From an uncultured virus (IMG/VR IMGVR_UViG_3300036945_000802) (lineage: Duplodnaviria > Heunggongvirae > Uroviricota > Caudoviricetes): a stretch of 64,000 nucleotides of DNA. Below the pieces are notes generated by a model, which saw nothing but the letters and a program-made list of their open reading frames with translations, was not told the DNA's origin and made no database searches. Below are positions 28,105 through 37,402 of this stretch, piece after piece (the first letter of the stretch is position 1; the number at the start of each line of letters is the position of its first letter). The translations under genes and the position numbers were made by a program. The stretch is from the IMG/VR virus record IMGVR_UViG_3300036945_000802; one strand, written 5' to 3'.

Positions 28105-28838
28105 TGCTAACAGATCAAGAAATTAATGACTACTACGATAGTCTTGTGCCAATTATGCCAAGACCAGAAGATCGTGTAGTAGACATGTCATTCAAAAACA
28201 CTAATACTAATATTTTGATATCAGCTGGTAGATTATTGGCTGTTGCAAACTATTCTGCAAGTGTAAAAGCTTTAGCTGAATTTGATAAATCTAATATTTT
28301 TACATTTCAGTTAGTGGGAATGGAAGAACGTCCAAACTTATATTTCCAAAAGAATAAGTGTTGGAGAATTCGTGTTACAGAAGATGGTAAAGCTTGGCAA
28401 GATTCTCCTAATATCGAATCATTAGAGCAACTATATGATTTTATTCTGATCTCTCAAAAAGCTGCAGTATTAGATGTTATTCATCGTCGTTTAGATATGA
28501 ATAGACGTAGAGAAATTAAAGCTGCTCAAGGTCAAAACCACATTTATTTTGCAAAATATTTAGAAGCAAAAGAAATCCTTGAAAAAGGAATTACTGAAGA
28601 TCCTATTTGTAAATATCCATTTGTAACTGGTTATGCTGACTTAGTTGGTATGGATATTGTAGAAGCTTCTAAACGTATTAAATTCAAATATGAAACGCGT
28701 GCATCGTTTTTAGCAGAAAATGAAACACTTAGATTAAAATATACTTCATTTGTTAAACAACAAACTACTCTTGAAGATTTAGGTATTATTTTAGAACAAT
28801 TTAAAGCTGAAAGCACAAAGTACGGCGATTCACTATGA
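28104..28838 (+). CDS. hypothetical protein, possibly fibre-assembly-chaperone-like helical C-terminus
   Basis: 244-aa coupled ORF with a Y..KY.EA...YPFV..YA..G helical motif. Confidence 0.6.
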   Translation: MLTDQEINDYYDSLVPIMPRPEDRVVDMSFKNTNTNILISAGRLLAVANYSASVKALAEFDKSNIFTFQLVGMEERPNLYFQKNKCWRIRVTEDGKAWQDSPNIESLEQLYDFILISQKAAVLDVIHRRLDMNRRREIKAAQGQNHIYFAKYLEAKEILEKGITEDPICKYPFVTGYADLVGMDIVEASKRIKFKYETRASFLAENETLRLKYTSFVKQQTTLEDLGIILEQFKAESTKYGDSL

Positions 28839-29956
28839 GCACTATATTTTATAATAGTTACGATATCTTCGTAAACGAAGCATATCACGATAAGCGCAAT
28901 CAAATTCCAGGCGGTCATGCGTTTGGTGGTTATTTCCAATTGTTTTCTAGCAACATTACCTCTATTGATAGAACTAACACATTTAGTATTCCACTAAAAA
29001 CCACTTTATTACCACATCTTCAAATGCCTGAAATGAGAACATTCACTAAATCATTTAGTGATATTTGTGATGATAGAGCCATTGAATTGATGGATAAAGC
29101 TAAACGAGATAATCGTAAGATTGCTGTAATGTATAGCGGAGGGATTGATTCCACTGTTATTATATGTGCATTATTAAAAAATTGCTCTGAGCAAGATTTA
29201 AGAAATCACGTTGTTGTTTTATTAACTGATCATAGCATATTAGAAAATCCTAATTTTTATAACGATTATATTATTAAAAAGTTTGAATGCATTTCAAGTT
29301 ATAGATTTCCATATTTTTTAGGAAACGATGACTATATTGTAATTTCTGGTGAAAATGCAGATCAGTTATTTGGTTCTCAAGTAGTAGCTAAATTTATTGC
29401 ATATCGTTCATTTGATTATTTGTTTACTCCATTAGAACAAGCTTCTGGAGATATCATTGATTGGATGACTATGAAATTGCAAGATGAATATAAAAAATAT
29501 GCGCCGTATTATTGGCAAATGTTTAAGCATCTTTGTAATGCTGCTCCTATTCCTATTGATAATGTATATAAGTTTTTTTGGTGGATTAATTTTACAAATA
29601 AATGGCAGTCAGTTTATGTGCGCATATTGCCATATGCAAAAAATCGAAGCAACATTAAATTAGAAGATAACTATACTACGTTTTTCTGTCCAGAAGATTT
29701 CCAACTGTGGTCATTAAATAATCCAGATAATTTAGTAAGAGAATCTTTAGACAATGTAAAATATATTGCAAAAGATTATATTTTAGATTTTAATGGCGAT
29801 CAATCTTATTATAAAAAACCTAAGATTGGTAGTTTAACAAATATAGTTAAACAAAAAGAAATTGTTATGTTATTAAATGATGATATGACATTTACGAATG
29901 GTTATCCCGATAGCCAATACTGGAATGAAACAAATACTTTTTCGGAGATGATGTAA
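28835..29956 (+). CDS. asparagine-synthetase-like N-type ATP pyrophosphatase (synthetase domain only)
   Basis: PP-loop VMYSGGIDST and ISGENADQLFG (AsnB has LSGEGADELFG); no N-terminal Cys glutaminase domain. Confidence 0.8.
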   Translation: MSTIFYNSYDIFVNEAYHDKRNQIPGGHAFGGYFQLFSSNITSIDRTNTFSIPLKTTLLPHLQMPEMRTFTKSFSDICDDRAIELMDKAKRDNRKIAVMYSGGIDSTVIICALLKNCSEQDLRNHVVVLLTDHSILENPNFYNDYIIKKFECISSYRFPYFLGNDDYIVISGENADQLFGSQVVAKFIAYRSFDYLFTPLEQASGDIIDWMTMKLQDEYKKYAPYYWQMFKHLCNAAPIPIDNVYKFFWWINFTNKWQSVYVRILPYAKNRSNIKLEDNYTTFFCPEDFQLWSLNNPDNLVRESLDNVKYIAKDYILDFNGDQSYYKKPKIGSLTNIVKQKEIVMLLNDDMTFTNGYPDSQYWNETNTFSEMM

Positions 29957-30600
29957 TGATTATTGAAAATAAGATCGATGCGTTAGATACAATGTACCCT
30001 TGTTTTGCTGAAAAAATAGTAAACGCATTATATCATTCTAAACCATATTCTACTTTATATGGTTATATCATGTCTGGCGAAGTAACATTTCCAAATGGAA
30101 GCGTAGCTGTAGAAGGACAATATTTCTGTTATTGGACTGGACAAGGTGATTCTATTAGAACTACTGGAGAAGTTTACATATTCGCACGTCTTGGGTTCAA
30201 AGGGCAAAATACTATTGGTGGACCAATTGAAAAAAGTGGCCGCTTAGTTTATATTGACTCTTGTTCGGACAGTTTATTGGTGTATCCTCCTCGAATGGGA
30301 GATCCTTCATTAAACTTATTACAATTTCCAGTTGCCATTAAACAGACTTATCATATTCATCCAAGTATTAGACTTGGTGTAGTGGTAAAAGGCAAAGGTT
30401 ATGCTTGTATTAAAAGAGCATATGAAGAAGAACTAATTGAATTAAAACCAGGTATTATGTTTTGTATTGAAGAAAGAGAACAACATCGTTTTATGACAAC
30501 ACAAGATGAAATGACTGTTATTGCATTTCACCCAGATGGTGATTGGGGTCCAACTGATCATAATCACACAATGTTAAATAGAACATATATCACGAAATAA
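29956..30600 (+). CDS. cupin-fold metalloprotein
   Basis: QTYHIHPSIRLGVVVKGKG...EREQHRF...IAFHPD. Confidence 0.75.
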   Translation: MIIENKIDALDTMYPCFAEKIVNALYHSKPYSTLYGYIMSGEVTFPNGSVAVEGQYFCYWTGQGDSIRTTGEVYIFARLGFKGQNTIGGPIEKSGRLVYIDSCSDSLLVYPPRMGDPSLNLLQFPVAIKQTYHIHPSIRLGVVVKGKGYACIKRAYEEELIELKPGIMFCIEEREQHRFMTTQDEMTVIAFHPDGDWGPTDHNHTMLNRTYITK

Positions 30601-30611
30601 TCGGAGAAAAT

Positions 30612-30971
30612 ATGGCAGCGCCAAATATCGTTAACGTAACAAACATTACTGGTAAAACAGCGGTAATGTTTGTTACTACATCAGCACAAGATCTTATTAC
30701 AAATGCTGCAGCTAGTAATAAAGTGTTAAAAATAAACAGTTTAACTATTGCTAACGTTAATGGAACGGCTGCTGCATCTGTCACTGTTAGTATTTTTAGA
30801 AGCTCTTCAGAATATAAACTTGCGCATACTGTATTCGTTCCAGCAAATTCCACGCTTGTTGTAGTATCAAAGGATAGTGGAATTTATTTAGAAGAAGGCG
30901 ATAGTTTACGTGTTGTTGGATCAACTAATAGTTATTTACATGCTGTATGTGGATACGAGAGCATTAGTTAA
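30612..30971 (+). CDS. small beta-rich virion/fibre-associated protein
   Basis: MAAPNIVNV..ITGKT, IANVNGT, VPANSTL, YLEEGDSL; similar to 36214-36555. Confidence 0.65.
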   Translation: MAAPNIVNVTNITGKTAVMFVTTSAQDLITNAAASNKVLKINSLTIANVNGTAAASVTVSIFRSSSEYKLAHTVFVPANSTLVVVSKDSGIYLEEGDSLRVVGSTNSYLHAVCGYESIS

Positions 30972-31603
30972 TGCCTTTACGTAGTAAACATAAAGCTGGT
31001 TATATAGGCTATGATAGGGTGAATAGTCCAGATGTTGGAAGTGGCATTTGGAATTTAAATCAACATCACACTGAAGTCACTGATTATAGTTGGGCTACTC
31101 AATCACTATACACGAATTATGATGGAAATTTGAATGGATTTACTGTTAGCGGTGCTACGACAAGTAGTAGCGCAATATATGTTCCAGGTAATAGCTATGC
31201 ATATAGAAATATGGTATCTCCATTTACAAGTGTATTATTTAAAACTATGACATTTGAAGTTTATATTAGTGGCGGAGTGTGTGGTGTATTAATCGGAAGT
31301 ACTGGTGATGGTCGAGGGCCTTTATTAAAATTAGATGCTCGTGGTGGTAGTAATTACAGTGGTATGATGTTCCAAACTTCGTGGACTGTTAGGGGTGACC
31401 CTCCAATTACTGGTGTACAATTACCGGCAAATTCTTGGGTACCTGTTCGGCTAGAAGTTAATAACGCTATGCGTATTGATTGGTCTGCTAATAATAAGTA
31501 TGATCGTCAACCAATTCTTTTATCTGGTGCATTTATTACATTTTTTGGATTAGGCGGTGCTGGATATTTTAGAAATATTAGAGTTTATAATGGTGTTTCA
31601 TAA
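30971..31603 (+). CDS. putative fibre-associated lectin-like protein
   Basis: N-terminal G.IG...SGIWNL motif followed by a beta-sandwich-like body. Confidence 0.5.
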   Translation: MPLRSKHKAGYIGYDRVNSPDVGSGIWNLNQHHTEVTDYSWATQSLYTNYDGNLNGFTVSGATTSSSAIYVPGNSYAYRNMVSPFTSVLFKTMTFEVYISGGVCGVLIGSTGDGRGPLLKLDARGGSNYSGMMFQTSWTVRGDPPITGVQLPANSWVPVRLEVNNAMRIDWSANNKYDRQPILLSGAFITFFGLGGAGYFRNIRVYNGVS

Positions 31604-32796
31604 TGTATAACGGTGGAATATTCGGAAAAAAAAATTATCCAAACGTTTTTAGTGCTAATGGAATATGGCATTTAAAACAAGTTGGTAGTTTTATCGAGCG
31701 TGGAGAATGGTATTTCGGAAGAAATGCTACTGTTAATGCAACTTCTTTCTTAGAAGGCGATACAATTACTGTTACGATTAATGCTCCAACTTTGCCAGAT
31801 GGAACCAAATTGTATTGGACTATTAATACTGTTTCAGGTACTATTCGTACAGATGACTTTGATAATCGTATTTTGAATGGTCCGCTTTCTATCATCAATG
31901 GCAAAGATACAACCAGTCGTAAATTAGAAACTAGCAAACAAGGCGATGGCAATAGATCATTTACTATCGCTGTTAGAACTGAATCAGTTGAAGGCCCAGT
32001 TATTGCAACAACACCTGTATTATCTTTAGATGACGTCGCTCGTGGTGGTAATGCTATTTTTGATAGAGGCGGTTATCGTTATCATAAATTTACTTCTTCC
32101 GGAAATTTCCTTTGTAATCGTTCTCTTGGTTTAACTGTATTTGCAGTTGGAGGAGGTGGCGGTGGCGGAGGTAATGGCGGTGGTGGAGGTGGAGGTGGCG
32201 GTATCGTATATACCAACATTAGTGTCGGAGCTGGAACATATTTTATTGGAATTGGTGGAGGTGGTAGCGCTGCACCAAATGGAAGCGTTCACGGCGGAAG
32301 TGGTGGTAATACTACATTCCAAGGATTTATAACTGCTAACGGTGGCGGTGGCGGTGGTTCTCGCGACACGGATCGTAATGGTTATTTTGGCGGATCAGGT
32401 GGAGGTGGTTCAAGCAACGGCGGCGGAGGTGGAGGAACTCCTGGTCAAGGCAATGGTGGAGGTAATGGTATTATTGCTGGTAATGGCGAAGTTCAATCTA
32501 CTGGTGGAGGCGGCGGTGGATATGGCGGCGGTGGTCAAAGCGGTGTAGCTAAAGATGCTGGTAATGGTGGACCTGGCGGTGCATTTGATCCAACTGCCGA
32601 TGGTGCTGCAGAATATTATTCTGGCGGAGGAGGCGGAGGTAGAACAGTATTTGGTACAACAGGTGCTAATGGTCAAGGTCAAGGAGCAAATCGCGGTGGC
32701 GGAGGTAAAGGTGGATCTGGAGGAGCGACTTCATTTGCAGCTCAAGCAGGAGATACTGGATATTGTGTAGTGCGTTATTTAATTCCGAGTAGTTAA
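31603..32796 (+). CDS. glycine-rich adhesin-like protein
   Basis: N-terminal GGIFG...GIWHL, an Ig-like middle, YHKFTSSG and VGGGGGGG polyglycine repeats ending G.CVVRY. Confidence 0.75.
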   Translation: MYNGGIFGKKNYPNVFSANGIWHLKQVGSFIERGEWYFGRNATVNATSFLEGDTITVTINAPTLPDGTKLYWTINTVSGTIRTDDFDNRILNGPLSIINGKDTTSRKLETSKQGDGNRSFTIAVRTESVEGPVIATTPVLSLDDVARGGNAIFDRGGYRYHKFTSSGNFLCNRSLGLTVFAVGGGGGGGGNGGGGGGGGGIVYTNISVGAGTYFIGIGGGGSAAPNGSVHGGSGGNTTFQGFITANGGGGGGSRDTDRNGYFGGSGGGGSSNGGGGGGTPGQGNGGGNGIIAGNGEVQSTGGGGGGYGGGGQSGVAKDAGNGGPGGAFDPTADGAAEYYSGGGGGGRTVFGTTGANGQGQGANRGGGGKGGSGGATSFAAQAGDTGYCVVRYLIPSS

Positions 32797-32797
32797 T

Positions 32798-33166
32798 ATG
32801 GCAACATACGCTCAAATAAACGAAAATGATATTGTAATAAATGTTATAGTGGCTGAAGAAGAGTTTATTAATTCTTTGCCAGATGCTTCTATGTTTATAC
32901 AGACTTCTAGAAATACATACGGAGGAGTACACATATTAGGTAAAACTCCTCTTAGAAAAAATTATGCAGCCATTGGCTATCTTTATGATAGAAATAGAGA
33001 TGCATTTATTCCTCCAAAGATTTTTGATTCGTTTGTGTTTAATGAACAAACTTGTCAGTGGGATCCTCCTATTCCATGTCCAAATAAAGATGGTTACATG
33101 TATAAATGGGATGAAAATACGGTTTCATGGATTGAAGAATTAATTCCTCCAGACGAATCGGCGTAA
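32798..33166 (+). CDS. conserved phage protein accompanying Gly-rich adhesins (possible fibre chaperone)
   Basis: YAQINEN.IV.NVIV, RKNYA.IGY.YD..RDAFIPP, W.PPIP.P, Y.WDE...W. Confidence 0.7.
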   Translation: MATYAQINENDIVINVIVAEEEFINSLPDASMFIQTSRNTYGGVHILGKTPLRKNYAAIGYLYDRNRDAFIPPKIFDSFVFNEQTCQWDPPIPCPNKDGYMYKWDENTVSWIEELIPPDESA

Positions 33167-33177
33167 GCAGTAAATCA

Positions 33178-33185
33178 TATAAATA
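33178..33185 (+). promoter_or_regulatory. T4-type late promoter
   Basis: Exact intergenic TATAAATA. Confidence 0.75.
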
Positions 33186-33218
33186 AAGCCAGAATAACAA
33201 TATTTTGGATTTGAATTA

Positions 33219-33557
33219 ATGTCTCAGTTAGTTAACTTAGTTATCGACCAAGGATCAGACTTCGTGGCCACGTTGGACATCGAAGACTCCATTGGTACTG
33301 CGTTGGATTTAGCTCCATATACAGTTCGTGGGCAAATTAGAAAGACATATACTTCTCTTACAGCAACTGCAATCGGTTGCGATAAGACTGACAATAGAGG
33401 CGAAGTAAAGCTAACATTGACAAACACACAAACATCAGCTATGCGTGATGGTCGTTATGTTTATGATATTGAGATTGTCCACACAATTTTAGGCACGGTA
33501 ATTCGTGTTGTTGAAGGACAAGTAACAGTAACGCCTAGAGCAACTCGACCAGCATAA
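33219..33557 (+). CDS. fibre-attachment/adaptor-like beta-sandwich protein
   Basis: NLVIDQGSDF, GQIRK, GRYVYDIEI, RVVEGQVTVTP. Confidence 0.7.
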   Translation: MSQLVNLVIDQGSDFVATLDIEDSIGTALDLAPYTVRGQIRKTYTSLTATAIGCDKTDNRGEVKLTLTNTQTSAMRDGRYVYDIEIVHTILGTVIRVVEGQVTVTPRATRPA

Positions 33558-33566
33558 GAGGTATAA

Positions 33567-33791
33567 ATGACAACATTAAGATCAAGAATTAAACTTGACA
33601 CACCAGTCACAGTTCGTACTTTTGCTCTTGGTATTACATCTTTAAATTTATTAGATTTAAATGATGTTGATTCCACTGAATTAGAAGACGGTGCGATGAT
33701 GATATATGATGCTGATACTTCAAAATTCAAACTAACAGCTACGATCGATCATCCTCGATCAAAAGTAAAAATCATCGGAGGAAAGTACTAA
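33567..33791 (+). CDS. small virion protein
   Basis: L.DLNDVD...LEDGAMMIYD..KF motif; C-terminal IIGGKY. Confidence 0.6.
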   Translation: MTTLRSRIKLDTPVTVRTFALGITSLNLLDLNDVDSTELEDGAMMIYDADTSKFKLTATIDHPRSKVKIIGGKY

Positions 33792-33794
33792 ACC

Positions 33795-35186
33795 ATGGCA
33801 ACGATTATTAAAATCAAAAACTCGGGCACAAGCGGCTCACCAAGTACGCTTGCAACAGGCGAGTTAGCGTATTCATACCTATCACAAGATGCGATCGAAG
33901 GTCTTGTTGTTGCCAATGGCGGTGATCGCTTATACATTGGTACAGGCGACGAAGTTGCTGGTGAAGCAACGAATATCGTCCACATTGGTGGTAAGTATTA
34001 CATGGATATGTTGGACCACCAAAACGGTGTTCTAACAGTTAATTCTGCAGTAATTACAGACTCTAACAATAAAGTAAATCAATTCAACGTTGATAACTTG
34101 CGTTTAGATTCTAATACGCTTTCTATCACAGAAACAAACGGTGATTTACATTTAGCAGCTAATGGTACAGGTCAAATTCGCTTTGATTCTGATATTGTAT
34201 TAGATACATCTGCAGTTGATACAATCACTTCTTCTCGTGAAGACGGCAACATTTTCATTGAGCCAACTGGCACAGGTTATGTTCAGTTCTCTTCACAAAA
34301 TTCAATTCGTTTACCTATAGGTAACACAGCAACAAGAGATTCATCACCTTTACAAGGTATGGTACGTTATAACACAACCGACGGTTGGTTTGAAGGTTAT
34401 GATGGTACTGATTGGGTTTCATTAAATCGTTTAATCGATTCAGCATCTTCTGGCAATGATACAAAGATTACTGTTGAGAATGCAACTGGTGCAAATAACG
34501 ATCAGATCCGTTTATGGACTGACGGAGTTGAACGCCAACGTGTTGAAGCATCAGGTGAAACAAAGTTCTCTGATGATTTAACAGCAGTATCTCCAGTTGG
34601 TACACAAATCAAGAACAATAGAATTTCTACATTCGGTTCTGATATTCTTTACCTTGATCCATCAACAGGTGAATCAAATACTGGTTCTGTTGTTATCGAA
34701 GGTAACTTAACAATCAAAGGTACTACAACAACAGTATCTGCTGCGTCTTCACAATCTAATGATCCTACAATGATCTTGGGTTATCAATCAGACGCTGAAG
34801 GTGCTGAAACAGCAATGACTGCACCTGATGGACTTGATAAAGGTATCGAGTTTAGATGGCACAATGGTACAGCAGCTAAATCTGGTTTCTTCGGTTATGA
34901 TTCATCAGCTAATCGTTTTACTTTCATTGAAGATGCTACTAATTCTGGCGATGCATTCTCTGGTACACCATCAGATGTTCGTTTCGGTAATGCATTATTA
35001 ACAGATTTATCTTTCAGCACATTTACAGCTAACTCAGTACCTTGGGTTGATGTTAGCGGTGACACATATTTTATTACAGGTGACGATGAATCTGTATACA
35101 ATGGTGGTGATACAACAGGGCAAGTATTGCAAATGAATGCATCTGGTTTACCAGTTTTCAGTCACATTGATTGTGGCACATATTAA
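33795..35186 (+). CDS. tail fibre protein
   Basis: IKIKNS....PSTLATGELAY N-terminus, LPIGNTATR...GMVRYN..FEGY, DKGIEF, C-terminal IDCGTY. Confidence 0.75.
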   Translation: MATIIKIKNSGTSGSPSTLATGELAYSYLSQDAIEGLVVANGGDRLYIGTGDEVAGEATNIVHIGGKYYMDMLDHQNGVLTVNSAVITDSNNKVNQFNVDNLRLDSNTLSITETNGDLHLAANGTGQIRFDSDIVLDTSAVDTITSSREDGNIFIEPTGTGYVQFSSQNSIRLPIGNTATRDSSPLQGMVRYNTTDGWFEGYDGTDWVSLNRLIDSASSGNDTKITVENATGANNDQIRLWTDGVERQRVEASGETKFSDDLTAVSPVGTQIKNNRISTFGSDILYLDPSTGESNTGSVVIEGNLTIKGTTTTVSAASSQSNDPTMILGYQSDAEGAETAMTAPDGLDKGIEFRWHNGTAAKSGFFGYDSSANRFTFIEDATNSGDAFSGTPSDVRFGNALLTDLSFSTFTANSVPWVDVSGDTYFITGDDESVYNGGDTTGQVLQMNASGLPVFSHIDCGTY

Positions 35187-35205
35187 TTAATTATAGGAAT
35201 ATATC

Positions 35206-35409
35206 ATGTCAGCTATTGAAGCAAGTCAAGAATTTGTTAATAAGTTTGTAGAGAGACAACAACGCGCGATTGCGGATCTAATGAATAAAGTAATTTTATT
35301 AGAGACGCAATTAGCCGTTGCACAAGATAGAGTTAAAGCACTAGAAGTTGCAGCTCAAAAAGAAGATAAAAAAGAAGACTTTCAGTCATCAGAAATTAAA
35401 GAAGCGTAA
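35206..35409 (+). CDS. small coiled-coil protein (possible fibre chaperone)
   Basis: Heptad pattern IADLMNKVILLETQL; SD AGGA. Confidence 0.6.
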   Translation: MSAIEASQEFVNKFVERQQRAIADLMNKVILLETQLAVAQDRVKALEVAAQKEDKKEDFQSSEIKEA

Positions 35410-35918
35410 TGGCAACTAACGGTACAATAGTTCAACTTCGTAGGAATAGTACACAGGACGTTGCTCCTGATGGTACAATACTATATGATGGAGAAGTTGC
35501 GATCAATACATTTAATCGCAAGCTTTATACTCGTGTTACTGAAGGCTATGAATATGTTGAAGGTATACCGTTTGGTGTATTAGAATCAAATCAACTGGTT
35601 TGGAATCACGCCACTCAAACAACTGTTACGCTAGATTCTTTTGACATTACGTTGCATAAGACAGCAAAATATTTTATTGAAATACAAAGCAGCGGTGCAA
35701 CTCCTCAAGCATATTATCAAGCGATGGAAGTCATTGCTATTCATAATACCGTTGATGCATTTGTTACTAGATATGGTCTAATAGACACCAATGGAGAAAT
35801 AGCAACTGTCACTGTTGATATTGATGATGGACAACTAAGATTGAGAGTTACAAGTACTCCACTAGATTCTAATACAAATTATGTGGCTAAATTTGTACGT
35901 ATCATGCAGCAATTATAA
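35409..35918 (+). CDS. fibre-associated structural protein
   Basis: QLRR...GEVAINT..KLY N-terminus; TLDSF...AKYFI..Q C-terminal domain. Confidence 0.6.
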   Translation: MATNGTIVQLRRNSTQDVAPDGTILYDGEVAINTFNRKLYTRVTEGYEYVEGIPFGVLESNQLVWNHATQTTVTLDSFDITLHKTAKYFIEIQSSGATPQAYYQAMEVIAIHNTVDAFVTRYGLIDTNGEIATVTVDIDDGQLRLRVTSTPLDSNTNYVAKFVRIMQQL

Positions 35919-35921
35919 ATA
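35914..35921 (+). promoter_or_regulatory. T4-type late promoter
   Basis: Exact TATAAATA overlapping a stop codon. Confidence 0.65.
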
Positions 35922-35928
35922 GAATAAT

Positions 35929-36210
35929 ATGACAACAACTGCTAAACCATTTTTAATAAAAGATAATTTAGTTATCGATCAAGCGCCTGGTCGTCAATTT
36001 GTTATTCCAATTGGTGTTGATGCTAATAGACCTGGTGTAGCAGGGTTGCCTGAACCAATTGCTGGAACAATTAGATTAAACGAAGATCGTGGCGTTGTTG
36101 AAATCTGGAATTCTGCTGGCGAATGGCAATCTGTTGCTTCTGCTGGTGACGCGGTTAACGCCACTGGTGCCGAAGAAATCGCATTAGTGCAATCAATTAT
36201 TTTTGGATAA
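35929..36210 (+). CDS. small fibre-associated protein
   Basis: IPIG..ANRP...GTIRLN motif; C-terminal IALVQSIIFG. Confidence 0.6.
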   Translation: MTTTAKPFLIKDNLVIDQAPGRQFVIPIGVDANRPGVAGLPEPIAGTIRLNEDRGVVEIWNSAGEWQSVASAGDAVNATGAEEIALVQSIIFG

Positions 36211-36213
36211 GAT

Positions 36214-36555
36214 ATGGCATCAGTAAGTAATATCACAAATAAAGTACTTAAGAATTTAGGTAAAGATGAACAGACACTGATTTCAACGTCATCTGTTCAA
36301 AAGGGCGCATGCGTTGGTTTAAGCCTTGCTAATTTAACACAACAAGTTGTTAAAGCATCTGTATTTGTTACTGATGCGACCGATGTTAAAGGTTACTATA
36401 TTAAAGATTTAGAGATTGCTCCTAATAGTAGTGCACGAATTATTAACGGTGGTGAAAAGCTATTGCTAGCACCATCTAATTCTGTAAGCGTTGTATGTGA
36501 TACGTGGGATGCGTTAGACGTTGTATTCTCTCTTGTTGTTATCACATACTCATAA
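36214..36555 (+). CDS. small beta-rich virion protein (homolog of 30612-30971)
   Basis: GLSLANL, IAPNSS..I..GEKLLL, DVVFS. Confidence 0.65.
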   Translation: MASVSNITNKVLKNLGKDEQTLISTSSVQKGACVGLSLANLTQQVVKASVFVTDATDVKGYYIKDLEIAPNSSARIINGGEKLLLAPSNSVSVVCDTWDALDVVFSLVVITYS

Positions 36556-36564
36556 GGTTAATAC

Positions 36565-37362
36565 ATGACAACACCATACGTTTTAGGACAATCAGTAGGA
36601 GATTTTGAAAATTCTCCTGGCGTATATCTTTTTGCATTACGCCGCACAGAAGAAGGAGACTTATATCTCCTTAAAGTAAATTTAAATGATCCAAATGATT
36701 CAGCACAATTATTTGGTGACGATATGCCTGCAGAATTTGCAGATTATACATTTCCAGGTGATGACTATTTTGATGGCAGAGATGCAGCTAAATTATTAGA
36801 ATTTAGTACAGATGATGTAAAATATGAGCAATGGAAATGGGAAGATTCAATTAGATCTTACTATATTGACACAGAAGGTAATTTTGTATTAGTTACTGGC
36901 GAAAATGTTGAATTGCCAGCAATCGAAGATATACAAATTCCAAATGGTCATGCACAAACGTTTGATATTGTTGGAGAAAACTTCAATATTAACTTATACG
37001 ATAAACTAATTTCAATGGGTTGGAATGGTTTATCTGAAGTAACTGTGAATATTACTGGTGATATCGGTTCTACAAACCCAGTAAAACCTGCATTATTGAT
37101 TACTAAACAATTTAAGAACGGTTTAACGATCATAAATACAGGTAATATCATTGGATGCAATGGTAATTTACAACACGATCCTGTAGATAATAGATACAAT
37201 GGCGTTGCTATTGTAATTGAAACTGCAGTAGATACATTTACAAATAGTGGACTTGTCAAAGCTGGCTCATTCAATGGAGCTTACGCTAACGTTTTCAGAG
37301 GATTCAATAACATTGATACTTGGGATAACGATGGCGGAACTTGGACAGGTTACGACGATTAA
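36565..37362 (+). CDS. hypothetical structural protein
   Basis: FALRRT..GDLY, YEQWKW...YYID.EG.FV, with a C-terminal beta-rich domain. Confidence 0.6.
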   Translation: MTTPYVLGQSVGDFENSPGVYLFALRRTEEGDLYLLKVNLNDPNDSAQLFGDDMPAEFADYTFPGDDYFDGRDAAKLLEFSTDDVKYEQWKWEDSIRSYYIDTEGNFVLVTGENVELPAIEDIQIPNGHAQTFDIVGENFNINLYDKLISMGWNGLSEVTVNITGDIGSTNPVKPALLITKQFKNGLTIINTGNIIGCNGNLQHDPVDNRYNGVAIVIETAVDTFTNSGLVKAGSFNGAYANVFRGFNNIDTWDNDGGTWTGYDD

Positions 37363-37402
37363 TTTTAGAGCACTCAAACTGCAATATCAAAGGGAATAAC
37401 AA

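Noticed and set aside
32140..32725. GGN-rich low-complexity repeats as a DNA repeat array
   Set aside because: They encode polyglycine stretches of an adhesin-like protein with variable third positions.
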